From Alkalispirochaeta sp. (GTDB taxonomy: Bacteria; Spirochaetota; Spirochaetia; DSM-27196; Alkalispirochaetaceae), in NCBI GenBank assembly GCA_965242725.1, contig CBDESZ010000006.1:1-64000 (forward strand): a stretch of DNA of 64,000 bases, read 5' to 3'. The stretch's first letter is position 1, and the number at the start of each line of letters is the position of its first letter. Below are positions 38,491 through 47,649 of the stretch, in pieces. Under the pieces are notes generated by a model. It had not been told where the DNA came from. It did not search any database and worked only from the letters and a program-made list of their open reading frames with translations. Both the position numbers and the translations under genes were made by a program.

Positions 38491-39551
38491 TTACGGTTCC
38501 TCACCAAGCAACCATTCCCGGAGATTCTCATGCCGTATTCCGCCACGGGCGACCCGTTGATACTCGTCGAGGCTGAGGACAACCTTCGGATGGTTGTCGG
38601 GAATGCGCTCGAGGGCAGAGAACTCGCGCTCCTGCGTTTCGGCGCTTTCAACCGTCAAACAGACCTGGATATACATTCGCTGTTCCTGCCGTTCGGCAAT
38701 GAAATCGATCTCGCGGTCGTCAAGTTTGCCGATAGAAACGCGATAGCCGCGATGGAGAAGCTCCAGGAATACAGTGTTCTCAATGACGCCGCAGACATCG
38801 CTGTCCCGATATCCGGGGAACCCGTGACGAAGCCCGATGTCACCGGCGTAGTACTTTTCGTAGAGTTCCAGGTGGCGCAGATCTTTGATGTCATAGCGCA
38901 ACACCCGACGAATGAGAAACGCCTGTTCCAGGCAGGCAAGGTAGTGCAAGACCTTGTCAACACTCGCGGTGATTCTCTGATTCTTTAGGAAGTCGGCGAT
39001 CCTCTTGGCGGTGGTGATATTCCCGGGAGCCCACCGTAGCGCAGATAGCGGCGAAACTCTTCAGGGCTGTCACCGATTCCAGCCCCGCGAAATGCGAGAA
39101 ACTCCCCGTATGTCAGGGGTAGTATTGCAAACTCAACGTAACGGCCGGAGATAAGCGTTGCGAGCTCCGAGGAGAGCAGCTCGGCGTTGGATCCGGTAAT
39201 GGTGATATCTGCGCGGCCGTCCGCAAGCAGAGAGTTCACCGCCCGTTCCCAGTTAGAGATTTCCTGAACTTCGTCAATAAAGAGATACGGCTTTGCAGGG
39301 CTATCCTCTATCCGGCCCAGCACGTACTGGTAGAGCTCCTTCGCATCGCGAATGAAATCCGAGTCCATCGACTCCTTGTTGATGCAAATAATTCGGGAAT
39401 CCGGGACGCCTTGATCCCGCAGGTGCCCTGCGAGCAGGCGAACCAGGCTACTCTTCCCGACGCGACGCATGCCGGTAAGGACTTTGATCAGCGGCTTGTC
39501 AACGAATGGTACAATTCGGTCGAGATATGCCGGTCTACGGATATCAGACAC
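38491..39551 (-). pseudogene. AAA_14/DUF4143 ATP-binding protein, split by deletion and frameshift
   Basis: GMRRVGKS, FIDEVQ and YGGLP in the first ORF; EKYY..DIGLRH...EIDFIA...IQV in the second frame. Confidence 0.85.
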
Positions 39552-39562
39552 GGGGTGCTCCT

Positions 39563-39592
39563 TAAAAGTTTCGAATACGTACCAAACTTTTA
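39563..39592. promoter_or_regulatory. Palindromic operator-like site
   Basis: TAAAAGTTT-N12-AAACTTTTA just upstream of the AAA gene. Confidence 0.45.
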
Positions 39593-39932
39593 CAGAATCG
39601 CCTACAAGATTCGTCTATAAAAGATAGTTTATCTGAACAGGGTAAGATGTGCCGTTCTTCAAAACGCCCGACATCGATTTCTTGCCCGGGGTGTCGCCAA
39701 GAGCGCGACGTACGTTTGATGTGCTCGCCGTCGTTTCTGGTGGATGCGACGGGCGTGGCATCGCAAATCCGACCGATGTTCGAGGCTCGGCGTAGACCGG
39801 TTCCGCTCTGTGCCCGGCAGTGGACGCTGTACGAACTACCGGGAGACCGGCTGGGTTTCCTTACCGTCGGTCTTTCACTGTTTGTGATAGCCGCCCGACG
39901 GTCTGACCTATCTAAAAGAGTGCGGTTCGTCC

Positions 39933-39964
39933 TTGACCTTCAACCCGGCTTCAAGCTGTACCCT
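39933..39964 (+). promoter_or_regulatory. MerR-type long-spacer promoter
   Basis: TTGACC-20 nt-TACCCT, imperfect dyad CTTCAA-N6-TTCAAG; ATG 6 nt downstream. Confidence 0.65.
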
Positions 39965-39970
39965 CCGCGT

Positions 39971-42322
39971 ATGAACCGTACCAAACCACTTGAAAAAACC
40001 CAGTACGACCTGCGGATACTGTTGCCGGACGTGCCTGACGAACGGGACGCCTGTGTTGGTCGCCTCACGAGGGAGCTCGAGTTCCATACGGGCATAGAGC
40101 AGGCCCACCTCGTTACCGCGGATACCTCCGCTGAGCTCTACATTCACTACGATCCGGATATCATTGCCCTGCCGGCTGTGGAGCGAATTGTCAAACGCGC
40201 CGGCGGAGAGCTCACCAAGCGGTACCGGCATGTCCGCTGGCCGGTCTCCGGGCTCGACTGCTCGGACTGCGCCTTCAGCCTCGAGCACATCTTGAAACGA
40301 GAAACCGGCGTGGAGGCGGTCTCTGTCAATCCGGCGTCCGAAAAGATCGCGATCGAGTACGATACCGAGGCGACCGACGAAAAGCATCTGCGAAAACGAA
40401 TCTCGCAGATCGGCTACAGTGTGGAGACGGAGGCCGAGCCGACCTGGCTTAAGGAACACTGGGAGCTCCTCCTGGCGATTCTCTCCGGAGTCTTTCTCGC
40501 CACGGGCTTCTTCGGGGAACTCTTGATAGATATGCCCGGTGCGGTGGCTCTTAGCCTCTATGGCGCCGCCTATCTCGCCGGAGGTTTCAATACCGCGCGC
40601 CACGGCATAGCCGCGGCCCTCAAGCTCCGATTCGACATAGACTTCCTCATGGTTGTCGCCGCCATGGGAGCGGCCACCCTTGGGGAGTTTGCGGAGGGCG
40701 CCCTGCTTCTCTTTCTGTTCAGTCTCGGGCACGCGCTGGAACACCTCGCGATGGATCGTGCCAGGCGGCAGATATCCTCCCTCGGGGAGCTTGCACCAAA
40801 GACGGCGAGGGTCGTGGTGGAGGAGGCGGAACGGGATATCCCGGCAGACGAGCTCGAAAAAGGAATGATCGTCGTCGTCAGGGCCGGCGAGCGCCTGCCC
40901 GTCGACGGAGAGATCGAGGAGGGAAGTACCTCGATTGACCAATCGTCGGTGACGGGCGAAAGCGTACCCGTGGAAAAGGGCCCCGGGGAGTCGGTCTTCG
41001 CCGGCACCGTGAACGGCAATAAAACGATTCGCGTTCGGGTAACCAAGCTTGCGAAAGACTCCACCCTTTCTCGAGTGATCGAGATGGTTGAGGAAGCGGA
41101 GTCCCAGCAATCACCTTCACAACGATTCGCGGAACGGTTTACGCGGGTTTTCGTTCCTGCCGTCCTGGCGATCGTCCTACTCACCATAGCGGTGCCGCCG
41201 CTGCTCGGGTGGTTGTCCTTTTCAGACGCCTTCCTCCGGGCGATGACAATTCTCGTTGCCGCATCCCCATGCGCTCTGGCAATCGCAACGCCGGCGGCAA
41301 TCCTATCCGGGGTGGCGCGGGCCGCACGGTCAGGGATCCTGCTGAAAGGAGGAATGCACCTCGAAAACCTGGGAACCCTTTCGGCTGTGGCCTTCGACAA
41401 GACAGGCACCATCACCGCCGGGGAGTTCGAGGTAACCGATCTATCGGCGTACGCCGAGACCGACGAGGAAGAGCTCCTCTCTACGGCAGCCGCCGTCGAG
41501 GCGGGAAGTAACCACCCCCTTGCCGCGGCGGTTCAACGTTTTGTGGAGACGCGAGGGACCACCGTCGGGAAGGCGGAGGGGGTCGAAGCGGTCGGCGGAA
41601 AAGGAGTTACCGGGAGCGTTGACGGAAAACAGGTTCGAGTCGGAAACCGTAAGCTCTTTGAGGAAGGCTCTATTCCCCGGGCGATCGAGGAGTCGGTCCA
41701 GGCGTACCAGTCGGAAGGCAAAACCTGCATGATCGTCCAGAGGGAGGACGCGTTCCTCGGCGTACTTGCACTTCAGGATCGGCCACGAAAAGGGGCGGAG
41801 AGGGTAGTAGAGCAACTGAGGAAACTTGGAATCAGCCGGACTATCCTTATTACCGGGGACAACCGCGATGTGGCGAAGTCTATCTCCGAAGAGGTCGGGA
41901 TTGACGAGTATCGCGCTGAACTCATGCCCGAGGATAAGGTGACAGTCATTAAAGAGCTAGAAAAGGAGTACGGCTCGGTTGCGATGGTTGGGGACGGTGT
42001 CAACGACGCCCCTGCCTTGGCAACGGCAACGGTGGGCATCGCGATGGGCGCCGGAGGAACGGATGTAGCGCTTGAAACCGCGGACGTTGCTCTCATGGCG
42101 GACGATATCGGGAAGATGCGTTTCGCCGTTGAATTGAGCCGGCGGGCCCGGAGAACTATCGTCCAAAACCTCGCTATCTCCCTTGGGGTAATGGCCGTCT
42201 TAGTCGCCACGGCGATAACGGGGGTAGCCACGATCGGCATTGCAATCGTCGCGCACGAAGGCAGTACGCTTCTTGTGGTGGCAAACGCCCTTCGGCTCCT
42301 CGGCGTCCGCGAAAGTCGATGA
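39971..42322 (+). CDS. P1B-4-type heavy-metal (Co/Zn/Fe) translocating ATPase
   Basis: GLDCSDC HMA, TGES, SPC in TM, DKTGT, GDGVND, HEGST. Confidence 0.92.
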   Translation: MNRTKPLEKTQYDLRILLPDVPDERDACVGRLTRELEFHTGIEQAHLVTADTSAELYIHYDPDIIALPAVERIVKRAGGELTKRYRHVRWPVSGLDCSDCAFSLEHILKRETGVEAVSVNPASEKIAIEYDTEATDEKHLRKRISQIGYSVETEAEPTWLKEHWELLLAILSGVFLATGFFGELLIDMPGAVALSLYGAAYLAGGFNTARHGIAAALKLRFDIDFLMVVAAMGAATLGEFAEGALLLFLFSLGHALEHLAMDRARRQISSLGELAPKTARVVVEEAERDIPADELEKGMIVVVRAGERLPVDGEIEEGSTSIDQSSVTGESVPVEKGPGESVFAGTVNGNKTIRVRVTKLAKDSTLSRVIEMVEEAESQQSPSQRFAERFTRVFVPAVLAIVLLTIAVPPLLGWLSFSDAFLRAMTILVAASPCALAIATPAAILSGVARAARSGILLKGGMHLENLGTLSAVAFDKTGTITAGEFEVTDLSAYAETDEEELLSTAAAVEAGSNHPLAAAVQRFVETRGTTVGKAEGVEAVGGKGVTGSVDGKQVRVGNRKLFEEGSIPRAIEESVQAYQSEGKTCMIVQREDAFLGVLALQDRPRKGAERVVEQLRKLGISRTILITGDNRDVAKSISEEVGIDEYRAELMPEDKVTVIKELEKEYGSVAMVGDGVNDAPALATATVGIAMGAGGTDVALETADVALMADDIGKMRFAVELSRRARRTIVQNLAISLGVMAVLVATAITGVATIGIAIVAHEGSTLLVVANALRLLGVRESR

Positions 42323-42922
42323 GTCGCCCAAAGGATGTCCTACTTCTTGGAGCCTATGGGCTCGCCGGGGAAGCTATCTTGAGAGCCCTCGTTGGTACAG
42401 GTGTCTCCGTTACCGCGGCGGGACGCAACGAGCACAAACTCCTGGCCGCGATACAGGGAGTTAAGGAACGGGTCCCCGGAGCCGATGTTCAATCCGCCGT
42501 CTTTGACCCTCAGGATGCGAACGCTCTCAGAAGCGAACTGTCTGAGACGCGGGTGGTGATTAACGCCGTCGGTCCCTACCTTGACCACGGGGAGGCAATA
42601 GCCAAAAAGGCCATCGAGACGACAACCCATTACATCGACATAGCATCGAAGCAGGTGCACTACCGCAAAGTGAAGGAGCTCTCCGCCGACGCTGCGAGTG
42701 CAGGTGCGGGGTGGTGGGCAGCAGCAAACGGCTCGGTTCTACGCGTCTGATACGGCGCGCGCAACCGCGGTACTACCGGCCATCGTTGCACAACGGCTGA
42801 TTGCCCCGGGAGGCGGTGACACAGGGCTCACAGGGGTTTGTTCCGCACTTGAGTACTTTTCGAAGGAAAATGTGGAGCACGCCCTGAGAGTTGCGGGAGT
42901 CGAACTGAAGGAGATTGGATGA
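42319..42922 (+). pseudogene. Saccharopine-dehydrogenase-like oxidoreductase, internally deleted and frameshifted
   Basis: LLGAYGLAG, AAGRN, VINAVGPY, HYIDI; a C-terminal fragment (TARATAV...GVCSALE) in another frame. Confidence 0.75.
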
Positions 42923-43040
42923 AGCGAAAGCGTGCACGAGTGGAACGAAAGTCCTCAGTCGGGTATCTTAGTACCAGCTAATCAGAGCCGTAAGGTGGGA
43001 TGCGCTGCCGCACGGCGGCTTTGATCCGCTGAGGAGCACG

Positions 43041-43829
43041 ATGCAGATAGGTGAACTAGCCAAACGGGCCAACGTGCCGCGGTCGACCTTACGATACTAC
43101 GAGCGAGAAGGAGTTCTGGTTCCCGAGGCCCGGACTTCGTCAGGGTATCGGATATACGGCGAGAGAGCGGTGTATCAGGCGAAGCTCATTCGCCACTCGC
43201 AGAATCTTGGCCTTCAACTCGCCGAAATCCGTGAAATACTGGCCGGGGACGCCCCAAACGGCGAGACACTCAGAAGAATAGCAGAGCACCGATACATCGA
43301 ACTCGAGAAGGAGAGCGCCCGACTCGCGGTCCAGCGGCACGAGTTGCGGTCAATACTAATCGATTTGGAGCGATCCGGCGACAAATCTCCGGACCAAGTC
43401 TTAGCACGCCTCTCATCTCACGTTTGCCACGACGAAAACGGCCGCACACACCTCGGCGACGGTTTTCGCGGGTTGGCGGCGCGACTCAACTGTGCACTGG
43501 CGAAGGAGGAGGCCGCACCGTTCCTTGATGTCTTAAAACAGGGGCACTACCACGTCTGGAAGTATCGTGTGGGTTACCGGATTCTTGCTGTTCACCCTTC
43601 CGTGGCGGCATCAAATGCGCTTGAGGCACTCGTCAGGCTCGAATCGGATTGTGACGCTCATCCGGAACCGCAGCTTGCCCCCCACCGAGAAGGAACTCTT
43701 CTCACGGTCACCGGTGATGCTTCGTTTCTGTACGCGACCCTCTTCGTTCATCTCGACGAGGTAAACGAGCTCGCCCCTGAGCCGAAAAGACCGACGATAG
43801 AGATCGTCAACTACGACTGCGATTCATAG
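43041..43829 (+). CDS. MerR-family regulator with an extended C-terminal domain
   Basis: MQIGELAKRANVPRSTLRYYEREG HTH; Cys/His-containing C-terminal half. Confidence 0.85.
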   Translation: MQIGELAKRANVPRSTLRYYEREGVLVPEARTSSGYRIYGERAVYQAKLIRHSQNLGLQLAEIREILAGDAPNGETLRRIAEHRYIELEKESARLAVQRHELRSILIDLERSGDKSPDQVLARLSSHVCHDENGRTHLGDGFRGLAARLNCALAKEEAAPFLDVLKQGHYHVWKYRVGYRILAVHPSVAASNALEALVRLESDCDAHPEPQLAPHREGTLLTVTGDASFLYATLFVHLDEVNELAPEPKRPTIEIVNYDCDS

Positions 43830-43830
43830 T

Positions 43831-44337
43831 TCATGTCGTCTTCGGCGCCGTTAGTTCTACATGGAATAGCTCGGTCAACTCGCGGTCAAAGGCAACCTCG
43901 CTATAGCCGATCAGAAACGAAGGCACCGGCCAGGTAGTCAAACACTGAATAGGCCTTCCCTCCGCCACACCGAGCGACAGGAGCTTGCGAACGCCCGCTT
44001 CGTCGCGGGTGTCGATGTGTATGATGCTACCCGCATCGCCGGGCTTGAGTTCCGAGCCTTTCCGGCGATTCGCGGATTCCTCGTTGGTGGTTACGACCTC
44101 ACTTTTCATCGATCTCCTCCCATTTTCCCTTAATGTCCGCCGGCGTTGGGCACCCGCCGCACCGAGTCGCTCTACGGCCCTCCGCACTAGGCGCAGGGGA
44201 GCGGGCTCCGGGGGCAAAAGGTAACCGCAGCGAGGACAACACTGCTTTCCGCAATAGCTGGTTAACGGACAGGAGACGCAACTGCGCTCCAGCTCCGCCG
44301 CATCCGTGCTGTATCCACAAAATGGGCATTGCGTCAT
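43831..44337 (-). CDS. feoA: FeoA-domain protein with a Cys-rich N-terminus
   Basis: CPFC...CVSCPLTSYCGKQCCPRC, then LKPGDAG.I...KLLSLGVAEG. ATGA-coupled to feoB. Confidence 0.75.
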   Translation of the reverse strand: MTQCPFCGYSTDAAELERSCVSCPLTSYCGKQCCPRCGYLLPPEPAPLRLVRRAVERLGAAGAQRRRTLRENGRRSMKSEVVTTNEESANRRKGSELKPGDAGSIIHIDTRDEAGVRKLLSLGVAEGRPIQCLTTWPVPSFLIGYSEVAFDRELTELFHVELTAPKTT

Positions 44338-45788
44338 GCCCATAGCCTCAGCGCCGTCAACAGTTGGTTCAGCAGAAACCCAACGAGAAATGCAAAGGGG
44401 AAAATGATGGACCCCATCGCCACGGCCGTCTTCCAGCCGCGTTCCCGAATGGTTATCGCGAACTGTGCTACGCACGGCACAAACAGGGTAAGGGTAGCCG
44501 CAGCGACTACGAGCTGCCGAGGCGAGAGAAGCCCCGAGCGCTGAAGATCGAAAAGGCCGGCCGCACCGTAATCCCTCCGGAAGAAACCGAACAAGAACGC
44601 CCGCGCCGTTTCATCGGGCAAGCCAATGGCGTTGACCAGCGGACGGATCGCTTCGAGAACGAGGCCAAACAGGCCGGTTAGGTTGCCGAGCCAGATGAAA
44701 ATACTTGCCAGAACAAACAACGGAAAGACTTCCTTGAAGTACCAGTGGACCCGGGTGTAGCTTTTTTGAAGAACGTTCGATAGCTTGGGAACCCGGAGGG
44801 GGGGAAGCTCCATATAGAAGTTCGGACGACGTCCAGGCAGTATCTGCGCGGTCAAGAATCCGACCAGCAAGAACACGCCCATGAGAAAGATCCCCCATAC
44901 CGCAAGGGCGCCGGGAACCGGGGAGAGTAAGCCGATTATTACGCCGAGCTGGGCGGAACACGGAATCGCGAGCGCCAGGAGGAAGTTCGCGATCAGGCGT
45001 TCCCGCTTGGTTTCGAGTGTCCTCGTAACCACGGTTGCCATAGTATCGCATCCGAAACCCAGAGTCATAGGAATCACCGCCCGTCCGTTCAGTCCGATCC
45101 GTTTGAACACCCGGTCCAAGAGCATGGCAAGTCGGGGTAGATAGCCCGAGTCTTCGATCACTGAGAATAAGAGAGAAAAGGTCGCGACGATTGGGAGGAT
45201 AAGCGCGACCGCGTATCGAACTCCAAGGGTGATGACTCCGTACTCATGGGCCAGGAGATCCTGGGCCCAGACCCACGGCAAGAAGCGTTCAACCACGTTG
45301 TTTACCCAGGGATTGATGTAGCCTTCGAACAACTCGACTTCGAGAAGGTCCACAAGGATCTGCGCGCCAAAAACGCCTACAAACTGGTAGAGACCGAAAT
45401 AGACGACAAGTACCAGTATCGGGACACCGGCGACGGGGTGTGTCGTCAATGTCGCCAGCGTTTCGCGAAGCGGTTTCCGTCCCACCTTCGCCTTGCGGAG
45501 TAATGCCTCGTCCGCGATCTTGAAACACGACTCCTGTCGATTCACGGTGATAACGTATGAGAGCGGACGATCGTACCGGGCAGCGGTCTTATCGATACGA
45601 CGATGGATTGCCGGAAAGCGCTCGCCCTCGATTCTACGAACTTCCTCGGTAATCCCAGGATCTCCCTCAAGCAACATCGTTGCAACGGCGCGTCGTGGAA
45701 TGTCGTAGCTCCCGGCAAGTTTCTCTGATATCTGGGAAATTGCCTCTTCAATGGGCTCGTCGAGTTTAGTTGAGAAGGCCATGGGCAC
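44334..45788 (-). CDS. feoB: Ferrous iron transporter FeoB, membrane portion
   Basis: EDSGYLPRLA, GFGC, IPCSAQ, FYMELPP, FVPCVA. Confidence 0.9.
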   Translation of the reverse strand: MPMAFSTKLDEPIEEAISQISEKLAGSYDIPRRAVATMLLEGDPGITEEVRRIEGERFPAIHRRIDKTAARYDRPLSYVITVNRQESCFKIADEALLRKAKVGRKPLRETLATLTTHPVAGVPILVLVVYFGLYQFVGVFGAQILVDLLEVELFEGYINPWVNNVVERFLPWVWAQDLLAHEYGVITLGVRYAVALILPIVATFSLLFSVIEDSGYLPRLAMLLDRVFKRIGLNGRAVIPMTLGFGCDTMATVVTRTLETKRERLIANFLLALAIPCSAQLGVIIGLLSPVPGALAVWGIFLMGVFLLVGFLTAQILPGRRPNFYMELPPLRVPKLSNVLQKSYTRVHWYFKEVFPLFVLASIFIWLGNLTGLFGLVLEAIRPLVNAIGLPDETARAFLFGFFRRDYGAAGLFDLQRSGLLSPRQLVVAAATLTLFVPCVAQFAITIRERGWKTAVAMGSIIFPFAFLVGFLLNQLLTALRLWA

Positions 45789-46332
45789 GTTCCTCTATTC
45801 TCGTGACAAGTGCGGCAATCCCGTCGCCTCGTATGGCGGTTAACGGAATTACCGGCAGCCGGATCCGATCGGCAAGCCGTTCGGTGTCTATGACAAGACC
45901 AGCCCGAGCCAGCTCATCCATCATGTTTATTGCGACAATGACGTCGAAGCCCGTCTCGACCAGTTGGGCAGTGAGGGGAAGTGATCGAGCGAGGGCTTTG
46001 GCTTCAATAACGTGGACGACAATATCGGGTCTTTCCTGAAATAGGAGGCGCCTGGTCACCCCCTCCTCCTCGGTGATGCAAGAAAAGGTATACATACCGG
46101 GAGTGTCGATTACCTCCATAGGAATCCCCGTTCCGGTGTCAAAGCGACCCCGGAATACCTCCACGGTTGTACCGGGATAGTTTGAAACCGTTGTCGTTCC
46201 GCCGATTAACCTGTTGAACACCACGCTCTTGCCTACGTTCGGATTGCCTACCAATGCAATCTGGTAAGCGGCGTTACCTATTGACGCACCCCTCGCGGCA
46301 GCGTGGCACGAACCCGTCGTTGTCCGTTTCAT
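45766..46332 (-). CDS. feoB: FeoB small GTPase domain (separate ORF)
   Basis: GNPNVGKS, NYPGTTV, DTPG, NMMDE. Confidence 0.88.
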   Translation of the reverse strand: MKRTTTGSCHAAARGASIGNAAYQIALVGNPNVGKSVVFNRLIGGTTTVSNYPGTTVEVFRGRFDTGTGIPMEVIDTPGMYTFSCITEEEGVTRRLLFQERPDIVVHVIEAKALARSLPLTAQLVETGFDVIVAINMMDELARAGLVIDTERLADRIRLPVIPLTAIRGDGIAALVTRIEERAHGLLN

Positions 46333-46420
46333 ATGCACTCCTAAAGCGGGGAAATGATTAGTTCTGTCTTTTGTATGGAGAAGCATACAGTCGCGGTTAA
46401 GTTTGGTCAATTGAGTTTTG

Positions 46421-46434
46421 TTAGGGACAGCTAA
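46421..46434. promoter_or_regulatory. DtxR/MntR-like box upstream of feo
   Basis: TTAG-GGACAG-CTAA in AT-rich flanks. Confidence 0.45.
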
Positions 46435-46565
46435 TTTTTTCTGGCTCTTTCGATTTCCCGCTCTGAAGTTACGAGCGTGTTCGCGTGCGGTTGGTGCTTA
46501 CCGACGGGGCCGAAGCCGTCCACCAGTTCGGCTTATGGAACCACCATCGACGTAGCAAACCACCC

Positions 46566-46623
46566 TTGACGGTTATCGCCGTGCCTGTCATACTAATCAT
46601 ATCAGTACTTGGTGATGTGATTA
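46566..46623 (+). promoter_or_regulatory. Promoter plus ArsR/SmtB-type operator
   Basis: TTGACG-17 nt-CATACT (TGn extended); inverted repeat TAATCATATCA-N8-TGATGTGATTA. Confidence 0.7.
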
Positions 46624-46708
46624 CCAAAGAGAAACTTACAAGCCAGTATTGCCCTATTCTTATCTTAATATGTGAAGCGAACAGCGCTTCAACAGGAGAA
46701 TTCCAGAC

Positions 46709-47179
46709 ATGAACAAAAGAGTTATCATCGTATTGGTTTTATTCGCCGTGGCGGGGCACCTCGCCTTCGCCGGCGGCGCGGGAGAGACACCCGTCGGCAC
46801 TCTGCCCTCAGGCGGTCGACAGGCGTACTCTGGAGAGGCTATTACCCTGTCCGGAACACTGGACCTCCAGCCGGGAAATGCGTTTGCCGTTCTGCAAACC
46901 GGCTCGGAGGCGTGGGGGCTGATGCTTCCCCGAATGTATGGCTACGACATCCCGGTGAAAAGCGGGGACGACCTTACGGTAACCGGCTTTGAAGTGCCCG
47001 GCCCGCGATGGAGCGCCGGCGGCCGCGGGCGCTACCTGATGGTGGAGAGCGCCGTGATTTCCGGACGGGAATATGTGCTGCCCGGCGAGTACGAGCGCTA
47101 CGACATGATGGGCTGGGGCGGTGACCGCTGGGGCCACGGCCGCAGAGGCGGCTACGCATACCAGCGCGGATGTTGGTAA
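46709..47179 (+). CDS. Secreted hypothetical protein
   Basis: AGGAG RBS, signal peptide LAFAGGAGE, Gly/Met-rich tail. Confidence 0.7.
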   Translation: MNKRVIIVLVLFAVAGHLAFAGGAGETPVGTLPSGGRQAYSGEAITLSGTLDLQPGNAFAVLQTGSEAWGLMLPRMYGYDIPVKSGDDLTVTGFEVPGPRWSAGGRGRYLMVESAVISGREYVLPGEYERYDMMGWGGDRWGHGRRGGYAYQRGCW

Positions 47180-47191
47180 GGAGCTGCCCTA

Positions 47192-47611
47192 ATGCTGACC
47201 AAGCAGGTAAATGGTTTAGCGACAAAGGCCAATTTCTTCCGTGGCCTCGGTGACGCCAGCCGGCTTGCCATTCTGGAGACGCTGCGAGACCGGCCACGGA
47301 CGGTCGGCGATATCGTCAGCGAAACCGGCTTGTCCCAGTCAAACGTCTCCAACCACCTGGGCTGCCTCAGAGAATGCGGCCTGGTAACGGCGGAGCGAAA
47401 CGGATGGTACGTTACCTACAGCTTGAGCGATGATCGGGTAGCCGAATTATTATCGACCGCCGAGGCGCTCCTTTCCGATGTAGCGAGGGGTGTTTACGAA
47501 TGTACCCGGTACAACGCTCCGCAGCAGGCCGGGAAGAAGGACCAGTATACGGCGGCGCGGTTTACCGGCGTAATCGGTGACGGAGCTTCAAAAGCGAAGG
47601 AGAACAGATGA
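47192..47611 (+). CDS. ArsR/SmtB-family repressor, CmtR-like
   Basis: FRGLGDASRLAIL...SQSNVSNHLGCLRECGLV...YEC (CmtR-type Cys pattern). Confidence 0.88.
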   Translation: MLTKQVNGLATKANFFRGLGDASRLAILETLRDRPRTVGDIVSETGLSQSNVSNHLGCLRECGLVTAERNGWYVTYSLSDDRVAELLSTAEALLSDVARGVYECTRYNAPQQAGKKDQYTAARFTGVIGDGASKAKENR

Positions 47612-47649
47612 ATCCCCAAAAGGAAGGAGAACGGATGAATCCCCAAAAG
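47596..47649 (+). repeat. 27-bp tandem duplication of RBS plus start codon
   Basis: GAAGGAGAAC(A/G)GATGAATCCCCAAAAG twice. Confidence 0.9.

Noticed and set aside
39647..39970. 108-aa N-terminal extension of the ATPase in the ORF track
   Set aside because: It contains the MerR-type promoter, and the paralog starts at the position equivalent to 39971.
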